From Schmidtea polychroa (taxonomy: Eukaryota): DNA of 64,000 bases. The DNA lies in the NCBI GenBank assembly GCA_044892525.1, contig CM097887.1:56296001-56360000 (forward strand), in the 5' to 3' direction. A model generated the notes under the pieces. It was not told the DNA's origin. It made no database searches and was given only the letters and a program-made list of their open reading frames with translations. The position numbers were made by a program, and so were the translations under genes. Within the stretch, counting starts at the first letter, position 1, and the number at the start of each line of letters is the position of its first letter. This document shows, piece by piece, positions 49,480 to 59,370 of this stretch.

Positions 49480-52400
49480 TTAAATGAAGCAAGGCCTAAA
49501 TTACAAATAGTGATAAATAATAAGATAATAAAGGCATTATGTGACACAGGAGCAGCAGCTTCTATGATTCGTGAAGATCAGTTAACCGAAAATCAAAAGA
49601 AAAATATCGTGAGCACAAGAGATAGAGTAATTTTATTATCATCACATAACATACCATTAAAAGGCGATATCGAATTAACAGTCCACTTTTCAGATCAAGT
49701 GGTTGAACATGTCTTCGAGGTAGTAGCAGAATGTAAATGCGGGTGTGTCCTTGAGATGGACATACTCAAAAAGTTAAAAAACTGTGTAATCGATCTAACG
49801 GATAGTACAGTTAAACGGAAAGCAATATATCAAGACGCAAGATTTACTGAGGTAATTGCATTAGAGACATTCGAACTAGATTATCAAAGTGATCATATAA
49901 TTCCAGTAAAAGTTAATGTTAAAAGTGAGGACACTTTCATTTTCGAGCCTGAAACGGCAATATCACGAAATCATAATGTAATGTTAACAGACGAGTGTGT
50001 AGTTCCAAATAATGGGATAATTCCAATAAGAATCGCGAATTACGAAAGGAATAAAGTAAAAATTCATAAAGGTACAAAATTGGGAAAGTTGTTCAAAGGT
50101 GAATTAGAGCAAACATTTGAAGTATGTGAGATGTCGATAACGAGTGATGTCGGTGAAGGAATGGTCGAACAGAGTAGAGCGAATAATATTAAATTTTATG
50201 ATAAAATTAAAATAAATAATAATTATCTAAACGAAACACAACAACTACAACTACAAATATTACTTGACGAATATAGTGATGTTTTTGCAAGACACGAATT
50301 TGATTTAGGAGATACTGATATTATTAAACATGTAATCGATACGGGGAATGCTAGACCAATAAAACAGAGACCCTATAGTGTACCATATAAAATGAGGGAG
50401 GAAATTAAACGACAAATTAAAGAATTAAAAGAGGCAGGCGTAATAAAACAAAGTTTTTCACAATGGGCATCACCTATTGTGCCAGTTAGAAAGAAAGACG
50501 GGGAAATTCGAATGTGCATTGATTATCGTAAATTAAATGATGTAACAGTAAAAGATTCTTACCCATTCCCGAGAGCACAAGAACAATATGATAAACTTAG
50601 GGATACTAAGTATTTCACAGTAATAGATGCAAATAAAGGTTACATGCAAATTCAAATGGAAGAGGGGGATGCGGAAAAAACTGCTTTTGTAATTGAGGAT
50701 GGTTTATATGAATATACAAGACTACCGTTTGGGTTAACTAATGCGCCAGCAACATTTCAACGTTTAATGAATACAGTATTAGTAGATGTACAGCATTGCG
50801 CAGTATATATGGATGACATATTAAAATCGTCAAAAACATTCGAGGAACACTTAAAAGACATAGCAAATGTATTACAAAGATTGAGAAAAGCGAGAATTAA
50901 AATAAAACCCACTAAATGTAAATGGGCAGAACCTTCAGCATTATTTTTAAGACATATAGTCACAGTAGATGGTATAATACCTAACCCCGATAAAATTGAA
51001 GTAGTTAAAAAATTTCCAGTTCCAAAAACATTACAACAAGTACAGGGGTTTTTAGGTCTCACAGGATATTATCGTAAATTCATACAAGATTATGCAAAAA
51101 TAGCAGCACCACTAATTGAATTAACAAAAGGAGTCAAAACAAAGGGAGAGAGTAAGAGAGTGTTAATAGTACAGGAGATTAACGATAAAATTAACAAGCC
51201 ACAAAAGAAATGGAAAGATGAACATCAAAAAGCTTTTGATCAACTAGAAGAAAAATTAATAACAGCACCGATACTAAGATACCCAGACTTTAAAAAACAG
51301 TTTATTGTCATGACAGACGCCAGCCGGAAGGCTGTAGGGGCAGTCTTAGGACAAGAAGAGGAAAAGGGTAAAGATTATGTAATAGCTTATGCAAGCAAAA
51401 CATTAAAAGGAGCACAGATTAGGTACTCAACAATCGAGAAAGAATGTTATGCTATAGTTTTTGCATTAAAACAATTTAAACCATACATATATGGAACTGA
51501 AGGAGTAATTAGAACAGACCATAAACCATTAGAAGGGTTATGGAAACATAAAGATACATCCAGCAGACTGTTAAAATGGGCAATGAAAATACAAGACATG
51601 CACGTAAAGATTGTATACAAACCAGGCAGAATAAACAGGAATGCAGATGCATTATCACGAATTCCAGAGTTGGGAGCACTAGAAGTTTTTGCATTAGTAA
51701 CTGAAAAACCAATAGAAATATATGAGGAACAAATGAAAGACCCAGAACTCTTCAAAATAAGAGAGGAAATAAAAAAGGGAACTAACCAAAAGTATAAAAT
51801 CTGTAAGAAGTTAATTGTTATTGAGGATTTTAGCGGTAAACAATTAATAGTAGTACCACAAAGATTAAGACAAATTCTTCTAATACAGTATCACGATGGT
51901 GCTCTAGGAGGTCATTTATCAAGTAGGAAAACAGCAAGCAGATTGATGCAAAAATATTACTGGGACGATTTGAAAAAGGATGTTAAGAGATGGTGTAATG
52001 CATGCACAATATGCGCAACTAGAAAAAATACAGGAACAAAGACTAAAGCACCTTTACATCCAATCCCAGCTACAACATCACCAATGGAACTGTGCGCAAT
52101 GGATTTTTTGTGTAAACTACCCACAACAATTAATGGGAATAAGCACATACTAGTTTTTAGCGATTATTTTACCAAATGGGCAGATGCATTTCCCACTAAA
52201 GATGAAACAGCAGAAACAGTAGCCAAATTACTTGTAGAAAAAATAATCTTTAAAATCGGTACACCGAGGAAATTATTAACAGATAAAGGGAAAAACTTCA
52301 TGAGTGAAACTATAAAAAGAGTAGCTAACATATTTAACATGCATAAAATCAACACAACAGCATACCACCCTCAAACTGATGGTTTAGTGGAAAGATTCAA

Positions 52401-52956
52401 TGGGACATTTCTAAGTAGATTAGCCGTGTTTGTGGGAAAAAACCAAAATGATTGGGATGAATACGTTAATCAATGCACATATATTCATAATATCACACCA
52501 AATGAGACAACGGGATATTCACCATATTTTTTAATGTTCTTAAGAGAGCCTGCGACACCGATTGATACAATTTTTGAGCCTCGAGTATCACAATATTTAG
52601 ATGCACCAGATTATGTAACATTAATGCAAGAGAGATTTCAAGAGGTATATAAGATCTCAAATTTAAAAGTTAAATTTAGACAAGAACAGTATAAGGCAGA
52701 TTACGATAAAAATAGCAAACCTCATAATTTTAAAGTGGGAGATAAGGTTAGACTTATGTCTCCACAAGTAGGTAAAGGCAAAACAACTAAATTAGCAAGA
52801 CCATTTAAAGGACCATACGAGATAGTAAAAGTAGTACATGAAAACCTGCATTTACAAAAACATAAAAATGAGGATTCGATAATAGTACATGCTAATAGAT
52901 GCAAATTAGCAGAAACAGAGTTAGTAGAAAAACCACCTCACAAATATGGATTATGA
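49480..52956 (+). CDS. pol: Pol (PR, dUTPase-like linker, RT, RNase H, integrase), in frame with the env C-terminus in ORF 48160-52956
   Basis: ALCDTGA; RMCIDYRKLN, PFGLTNAP and YMDD (50806-50817); TDAS/EKE/TDH/ADALSR; HHCC and D-D35-E (MDF, TDKG, GLVERFN). Confidence 0.95.
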   Translation, partial: LNEARPKLQIVINNKIIKALCDTGAAASMIREDQLTENQKKNIVSTRDRVILLSSHNIPLKGDIELTVHFSDQVVEHVFEVVAECKCGCVLEMDILKKLKNCVIDLTDSTVKRKAIYQDARFTEVIALETFELDYQSDHIIPVKVNVKSEDTFIFEPETAISRNHNVMLTDECVVPNNGIIPIRIANYERNKVKIHKGTKLGKLFKGELEQTFEVCEMSITSDVGEGMVEQSRANNIKFYDKIKINNNYLNETQQLQLQILLDEYSDVFARHEFDLGDTDIIKHVIDTGNARPIKQRPYSVPYKMREEIKRQIKELKEAGVIKQSFSQWASPIVPVRKKDGEIRMCIDYRKLNDVTVKDSYPFPRAQEQYDKLRDTKYFTVIDANKGYMQIQMEEGDAEKTAFVIEDGLYEYTRLPFGLTNAPATFQRLMNTVLVDVQHCAVYMDDILKSSKTFEEHLKDIANVLQRLRKARIKIKPTKCKWAEPSALFLRHIVTVDGIIPNPDKIEVVKKFPVPKTLQQVQGFLGLTGYYRKFIQDYAKIAAPLIELTKGVKTKGESKRVLIVQEINDKINKPQKKWKDEHQKAFDQLEEKLITAPILRYPDFKKQFIVMTDASRKAVGAVLGQEEEKGKDYVIAYASKTLKGAQIRYSTIEKECYAIVFALKQFKPYIYGTEGVIRTDHKPLEGLWKHKDTSSRLLKWAMKIQDMHVKIVYKPGRINRNADALSRIPELGALEVFALVTEKPIEIYEEQMKDPELFKIREEIKKGTNQKYKICKKLIVIEDFSGKQLIVVPQRLRQILLIQYHDGALGGHLSSRKTASRLMQKYYWDDLKKDVKRWCNACTICATRKNTGTKTKAPLHPIPATTSPMELCAMDFLCKLPTTINGNKHILVFSDYFTKWADAFPTKDETAETVAKLLVEKIIFKIGTPRKLLTDKGKNFMSETIKRVANIFNMHKINTTAYHPQTDGLVERFNGTFLSRLAVFVGKNQNDWDEYVNQCTYIHNITPNETTGYSPYFLMFLREPATPIDTIFEPRVSQYLDAPDYVTLMQERFQEVYKISNLKVKFRQEQYKADYDKNSKPHNFKVGDKVRLMSPQVGKGKTTKLARPFKGPYEIVKVVHENLHLQKHKNEDSIIVHANRCKLAETELVEKPPHKYGL

Positions 52957-52971
52957 TCACAAAAAGCACTG

Positions 52972-53802
52972 ATGATGGCAGCGACATTTTTAACAATTAT
53001 AGGGTTGTGTAGATCAACTGAAGTAGAAAATGAGAACATACACTCAGTAGAATACATGGCTGAAGATATTTTAATCAACGTTTCACCGGATAAGATTAAA
53101 GCATATAACTTAAATAAATCACCAATAAGAGACTTGTATCTGGAAACTAGGGACAATATACCCAAACTTATGAAAAAAATTGAAAATAGATCAACTAATG
53201 AATTTGAAAGAGGAGATAATGTTGAATTCAGAGATCTACAACCCAACACTAATTACACACTTTGTGCACAATGGAACACATTAGTTGACACATCACAGAT
53301 AAGGTGCAAAAGGATAAAAACTACTAAAATAAACAGACTTAGAATAAAAAAACCAATAGGGAAAAAGATATCAACAACCAGAAAAACAACTACTGTAGAT
53401 TCAATATCCACACATCCTATATCACAAACAATAACGAATATATATAGGAAAACGACATTTAAAACGGTTAGACAAATATATAAAAAATTAATAATGAAAA
53501 ATCCAAGACAGTCTGATAAGAAACTGATAAAATTACCTACAGGAAAACCGATAGTTATAAATAACTGGAATGAATTACAAGTCTTTCAAAAGAAAGAAAG
53601 TAAACCACAATGGCCTTTTTATGTAATAGCTACAAGTGTAGTATCATTCGCGATTTTAGCAATTGTCACTAGTGTACAAGTTTATAAAAAGTACAAGAGG
53701 AAAAGGCAGCAGTATCGGCACCGACTGGTCAAAGAAGCACCAGGGCATTTTCACTTAGACAAATATATCCCTGGACAATATACTCTGTCCACACTTGTAT
53801 AA
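52972..53802 (+). CDS. Type I membrane protein with an FN3-like segment, in the same frame as pol
   Basis: Signal-like MMAATFLTIIGLCRS, FN3-like VEFRDLQPNTNYTLCAQ, a Thr/Lys-rich stalk, TM WPFYVIATSVVSFAILAIVTSVQVY, then KKYKRKR. Confidence 0.6.
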   Translation: MMAATFLTIIGLCRSTEVENENIHSVEYMAEDILINVSPDKIKAYNLNKSPIRDLYLETRDNIPKLMKKIENRSTNEFERGDNVEFRDLQPNTNYTLCAQWNTLVDTSQIRCKRIKTTKINRLRIKKPIGKKISTTRKTTTVDSISTHPISQTITNIYRKTTFKTVRQIYKKLIMKNPRQSDKKLIKLPTGKPIVINNWNELQVFQKKESKPQWPFYVIATSVVSFAILAIVTSVQVYKKYKRKRQQYRHRLVKEAPGHFHLDKYIPGQYTLSTLV

Positions 53803-54082
53803 TAACTTAAAAAATTTTAATTACGTAAATTGGTCAATGATATATAATAAAAGTATATATATTAATATTTATATAACTGCGTATAAGGTTAAACCTCAAA
53901 TGCGCAACAAGCATAAATATTTATTGTTTGTTTTTAGAATAATAATAAGAAACCTAGTCAGTCAATCGAATCAACCTAATCAAATCGATCTTCCAATAAA
54001 CCAAAGTCAATTCAGTCAATCGAATCAACCCAATAAAAACAATCATCATTCCTACCAAATCAATCTTCAAACAAACAAATCA

Positions 54083-54791
54083 ATGCACCCACATACGTCA
54101 GTTTACATGTATTCTCAAAGAACCAAAGCCCAGCGCAATCCAGAAACTCACAAAATAAAGAAATACGTACCGATGATACATAAACACTACAATAGTTTTT
54201 ATAAAAATCTACAAAATAAGATCAGCACAGACGGCACTCCCATTACTATCAGAAGCTTCCCTAACCAAGTCTGCATTCCAAATGACATGAAAATTGAAAT
54301 CGAAGAAAGGGAACTCCATCTCATCAAATTTAATGAAGCCCGAAGAGTAAAACTCAAAGACCTCATTGGAACATTTGATCAGTTTCCAAATGCAGAAGAA
54401 GCAGTAAGGGAAGGAAAAAAGGTACCACACAGATTACTGTTTCACATCACCAAGACAGAAGTATCAATCTGTCAAGATAGGACACCTTTAATTACCACCA
54501 GCAATTGCACAATAATGTTTAAAACAGTCAAAAACGATCGGAGCGTACCAAATGAATACAATCAACTAATAGTGCAGATGAATAACCTACCATGCGTAAT
54601 CGCAATCGAAATATTGTACATTCCTACCATCCCAAATCCTTTCAGAGAATTAGAAATCATCAAATATACAATTCAAATCCCAAGAGATGCAATTAACAGG
54701 AGAATATCATTCACCCATCAAGACCTATCAATAACAGAACGACATCAGCGTCTCATGTTCGTGGAGGCAAGGCTGATAATGGATATTAACA
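54083..54791 (+). CDS. Element-borne ORF of unknown function; runs into a gap
   Basis: Open frame of more than 230 codons with element-like codon usage. No motif recognised. The track start at 53795 crosses low-complexity AT-rich sequence. Confidence 0.5.
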
Positions 54792-55151
54792 NNNNNNNNN
54801 NNNNNNNNNNNNNNNNNNNNNNNNNNNNNNNNNNNNNNNNNNNNNNNNNNNNNNNNNNNNNNNNNNNNNNNNNNNNNNNNNNNNNNNNNNNNNNNNNNNN
54901 NNNNNNNNNNNNNNNNNNNNNNNNNNNNNNNNNNNNNNNNNNNNNNNNNNNNNNNNNNNNNNNNNNNNNNNNNNNNNNNNNNNNNNNNNNNNNNNNNNNN
55001 NNNNNNNNNNNNNNNNNNNNNNNNNNNNNNNNNNNNNNNNNNNNNNNNNNNNNNNNNNNNNNNNNNNNNNNNNNNNNNNNNNNNNNNNNNNNNNNNNNNN
55101 NNNNNNNNNNNNNNNNNNNNNNNNNNNNNNNNNNNNNNNNNNNNNNNNNTA

Positions 55152-55580
55152 GTATACGACAAGAAAATCACACCTTGGACAAAAGTACTGCACTATTACC
55201 CTGAAAAAACGGAATCCAATAAAGAAAATATCATTGGTAATGAGGACGAATATCATGCACTCATCGAGATTCAAAAATTATTATGCGGGAAAATAATAGT
55301 GGGATATGAAATCATAGATAAATTAAAAGCCCTAACCTTGTATCTAGACAATGTGATGGGGGTAAAAGAAATGGCAAATGATGCATTCTTGACATCATTT
55401 GTAAAGAACGTAGCTCCTCACAAAATCAAGCTGTCAAACCTGGCCTACCAAGTTATCAAACACCACAAAAGGTGGTACAAAGACAAGGCGATAAACGCAA
55501 ATATTGAAAAGACCTGAACCCATCTCGGCGAGACACACAACAGCGATCCTGAAAGTCATCTATGACATAGTCGAAACACA
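55152..55580 (+). pseudogene. REXO4/ISG20-like DEDDh exonuclease domain, catalytically degenerate
   Basis: VYDKKITPWTKVLHY...IQKLLCGKIIVGYEIIDKLKAL...KLSNLAYQVI, then after a frame change IYDIVETQWE. This parallels REXO4 VYDKYVKP...AEMLKGRILVGHALHNDLKVL...SLRLLSEKIL...LYVMVKKEWE as I recall it. Confidence 0.6.
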
Positions 55581-56334
55581 GTGGGAAGAAGTAGTAAAAT
55601 GGAATGTAGCATCAGAATACCCACTGTCAGGAAGTACAGCAGCAGAAAATCCACAATCAACAGAGACAAGAGAAGATGATCTGTTCATGGAAGAGGAGGA
55701 CATGTATATCGAACCCTCGCAATTCGAGCTAAAATATCGCAGAGATGGAACTCGAAGAACTTTCGAAAATGAGTTAGAAGATAGCGACGATGACCTCATA
55801 TTCATCTCAGAAGAAAGGAGACAGGAACCTGTGCAAACAGTTAAACTCGAACCACGGGAACCACAAAGTCAATCAATGATAACAGAATGCGATTTAGACT
55901 CAGACGAACAGTACTTCTCACTAGAAGAACAAAACAGTGGAGAAGAAGAAGATGCAATGAGTGTCGATGAATCGGAAGAAGAACTGGGGCCTGAACCAGA
56001 TATAAACATAGAGGAGCCTCATTTTATAATAGAAAAAGAAAAGCAACAGATCACAGAAAAGGAATTGACTCGTCATTTCGGGAGACGAATAAACGAGGGC
56101 GATATCCTAAACATAGCATTGGGCAAAGGGTTCAACCGAACAAAAATGCTCATCCAGGATTGCGAGATAGAAATAGTAAAAAGTATTAGAGATAATGCGG
56201 ACATTATCTTAACGGCCCAGGGAGGAATGTTGGATGATGAAGGTAGGCACATCACCACATTCAATCTCAACAAGTATTATAGGACTGGGCCCAGAAAATA
56301 TAGAGTCAATGTGTGCGCTGAAGAGCGTAGGTAA
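55504..56334 (+). CDS. Acidic ORF with an unknown C-terminal domain, ending inside the 3' LTR
   Basis: 276-aa track ORF with D/E-rich tracts. It crosses the PPT and terminates 107 nt into the LTR. Confidence 0.55.
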   Translation: MKRPEPISARHTTAILKVIYDIVETQWEEVVKWNVASEYPLSGSTAAENPQSTETREDDLFMEEEDMYIEPSQFELKYRRDGTRRTFENELEDSDDDLIFISEERRQEPVQTVKLEPREPQSQSMITECDLDSDEQYFSLEEQNSGEEEDAMSVDESEEELGPEPDINIEEPHFIIEKEKQQITEKELTRHFGRRINEGDILNIALGKGFNRTKMLIQDCEIEIVKSIRDNADIILTAQGGMLDDEGRHITTFNLNKYYRTGPRKYRVNVCAEERR

Positions 56335-57456
56335 ATCAAATAGCTCAGCAGTCCAATTTCCCAACAATCCAATGCCTCAAACAATAGTAACAACCAACAA
56401 TTCAATTCCTCAATTCAATTCCTCAAATGATAACAATAACTTTTGTGTGATAAATCGTATCAAACTTTATTAACATTGATCTGTGTTTTAACTATATTCA
56501 TTTTTATTCGTGTATAAATTTTTAGTGTATTTTACTTTATTGACATTATCAACACTCTGTGCTTTTAACTTTATTTATTTTTATTCATATTTGTATGTAA
56601 AATTTTGATTATATTTGATTGTAAATTTTATTGGTAAACACAAAAAATAAATATATATATATAANNNNNNNNNNNNNNNNNNNNNNNNNNNNNNNNNNNN
56701 NNNNNNNNNNNNNNNNNNNNNNNNNNNNNNNNNNNNNNNNNNNNNNNNNNNNNNNNNNNNNNNNNNNNNNNNNNNNNNNNNNNNNNNNNNNNNNNNNNNN
56801 NNNNNNNNNNNNNNNNNNNNNNNNNNNNNNNNNNNNNNNNNNNNNNNNNNNNNNNNTGGTAATAGTGGTGATAATAGTAATGGTAATAATAATGATAATT
56901 TAAGAAAGTATTAATTAATTAATATAAGTAATTAAAAATATTTGAAATTTAATGTCAGTCTGACGAGACTGAAAGAATCTAAAAGAATCTAAAAATGAAA
57001 TTTAATTCAATATCAGTCTGACGAGACTGAATTAAATAACGTATGAAATTTAAAATAATTAATTTATGCAAAAATAATCTACTATATAAACGACTCACAA
57101 AGTCAGTGTAGTGGCCCAAAATTTTAGCGAAAAACTCTTATTCAAAGGTTAATCCTTAGAATAACTCAATACCCGAATCAGAACAAAAAGATTCACATCT
57201 TGACTAAACATACTAAGGTACAGCACGCACTACACAACATAAAACAATACACATATATTTTTACAAGCATTTCAGAAGAAGAATTTGAGAAATAATTGTC
57301 AAAGCATTGCAAAGTCTTATAGACTTGAAATTGCTTATATTTGGTAATTTTTGATTATAATAAATCTTTATACACATATTTGTTTTGTTTTGATATATAT
57401 ATATATATATATAGGAACCAGTAAGTTGAGTGTTCCCGAATATCGAGACCTCAACA
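56228..57456 (+). repeat. 3' LTR of the large Gypsy element
   Basis: TGTTGGA start directly after the PPT and ...CTCAACA end. TATATAAA at 57083, TCAGT at 57103 and AATAAA at about 57359. Confidence 0.85.
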
Positions 57457-57749
57457 CCTAATAAATTCCTGTAAAGTGTGATTCCTATCTGATATTCCGT
57501 CTATATTTGTATATGTCTATGTCTATGTGTATATGTACGTGTATGTGTGTAATATCAAATGTGATTGCCAGGACTCAATGTGTTATACGATTGTAAAATT
57601 AATTGAGGTGGGTAATGTGAAACGATTCAAAAAATACAAATTAATTAAAAATAAATAAATAATTTAGTAGCTATGTGGGAAAACCTAGCTAATGGAAAAT
57701 CCAGGATGTCTCAAAATCAAGGAATAATTACATAAAAAAATTTAAAAAT

Positions 57750-59250
57750 TGTTGGGCTGAAACAGAGAACTGAGAGTTTGTTTTAATCGATCGAAAATAC
57801 CTAACACAAAAACCGCAAAGTTGAAAAAATTTATGATCAAGGTTTAATATAAAATAAGTCACATCACACATTAAGAATCAATAAACCCCTTATAATAGAA
57901 TAAAGAGATAAATAAATTTAACAGAAAAATTCAACACTTAAAAAATTTTCGATAGAAAAATAATAAAATGTAAAATAGAATTATTTGAAAATTATTTAAA
58001 CGATATAAAAATTAAATCGTCTAAATAATAAAATTAGTTAGCATTAGGTAAATTGTATAATTTATAGAATTAAATGGTTAGAATTATGTAACTTATTAAA
58101 TTTAAAGAATAAAAGTGTTTAAATTAATAGAAATTAAAATAACTCGAATTATTTAAATTATAAAATTTATAAAATTAAATTATTACAATTAATAAAAAAT
58201 TAAATAATTAATTAATGTATGCAAAATTAATTCAAAATTTCTCGCACTCTGATTGGATAGAGTGGCAGAGAATGCATGAAGGCGCATTCAAAATCAGTAT
58301 AAATACTGATTACAAATTGTTTGAAAAAACTTTTTTTCAACATCACAACTTAATTTGCAGACAGTAAAGCTCTCAGTTTTCGATTTTATGCCAACGTGGA
58401 TTTGGTAATTTATTTTTTATTGTTATTGTAATTTTTACGAAATGATTTAATTTAATAAATTTTACATGCAATTAATTTTTTAGTTAAATTTTCTTTTGTT
58501 GCCCTTTTTAATTGTTTAATTTCATTTAGTTTTAAGTTTTAAATAATAATTTTTATTCGGTTCAACTTTTGCGTTAATTAATTTTGAATAATAGTTATAG
58601 TGGAACTGGAATCCAGTAGGCCACAGCATTAAGGGACACTAGTTGTTCCTATTTGCGAGTAGGTCGGCTGGCTTTTCAGATTCACACGGATTGATCAGAC
58701 CATAACGAGGAGGCTTCTCCCCTGGTCCGTCTCTGTAAATATTTTCTAGTCGGAAATAGGTTAGGACTAAGAATACAGGCAGATCCCTGCTCAAATTTTT
58801 TGATGGACAATTTAAGTATTATGACAAGTGTGGATTAACTTGGAAATAAGGGCCGATCCATGCTCAAATTTTTTGCGAGATAGGTTAAATATTCATAAAT
58901 ATCAAGAAAAATACCTAGCAACCTTTATTAATAGAAAAATAAGGGCGCATCCCTGCACAAAATTTTGAAAGGAAACAATAGAAAACATCTAGAAATGAGG
59001 ACCATAGCCGAATGAGATAGAAAAGTAGAAATAGGAAATGATCGATGACGTAAGACCTTCTATCGGCCGTCTAGAACCCGAAGAGAAAATACAATGGGGA
59101 GTAGTTTTAGCAATAGAGCTCACCTGTTCATTGTTTTTTCGCCTTTGTGTACAGTACCAACATGGTCGTCACCATGGGTACACAAACGGTTTAAAGTACA
59201 ATAGTCATGGAGGTGCGTAGGAAAGAGTCGAGTAAATACCTATGATTACC
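57750..59250 (+). mobile_element. Family X copy 3: short, apparently non-coding derivative
   Basis: TGTTGGGCTGAAAC start, A-rich tract, CTGATTGG (~58251), TATAAATA, unit end CGATTTTATGCCAACG (58396), and the hairpin module at 59050-59186. No ORF A. Confidence 0.6.
59050..59186 (+). ncRNA. Conserved three-hairpin structured RNA, copy 3
   Basis: GTAAGACCTTCTA leader. H2 CAATGGG-GAGTAGT...AGCTC-ACCTG-TTCATTG. H3 TTTGTGTAC-AGTACCAA-CATGG/CCATG-G-GTACACAAA. Confidence 0.75.
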
Positions 59251-59370
59251 CCTAACGTATTTAAAATTTAAAATGACACACCCCTAAGTAACCAACAAAA
59301 TGGAGAGCTTCTTTGGTTAAGACGAAAAGTCACCGAATAAATTATTAATTATGTTCGCGAGATGTCACCG

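Larger units (their letters stand above)
39282..57456 (+). mobile_element. Full-length cargo-rich Gypsy/Ty3 LTR retroelement with envelope gene, with a nested family X insertion in its 5' LTR
   Basis: 5' LTR 39282-40445 plus 44449-44473, PBS 44476-44493, PPT AGGGAGGAA 56219-56227, and 3' LTR 56228-57456 (TGTTGGA...TCAACA). Flanks CCTC/CCTA give a 3/4 TSD match. Domain order PR-RT-RH-IN. Confidence 0.85.

Noticed and set aside
56955-57030. CTGACGA...GAAA as a hammerhead ribozyme in the LTR
   Set aside because: Helices I and III cannot form because the flanks are direct rather than complementary repeats. The sequence is better explained as a simple duplicated hairpin.
57107-57456. Short 350-bp LTR starting TGTAGTGG
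   Set aside because: No PPT precedes it, and homology extends to 56228, which follows AGGGAGGAA.
58778-58967. CRISPR-like array
   Set aside because: Eukaryotic context, only three degenerate units, irregular spacing and no cas genes.
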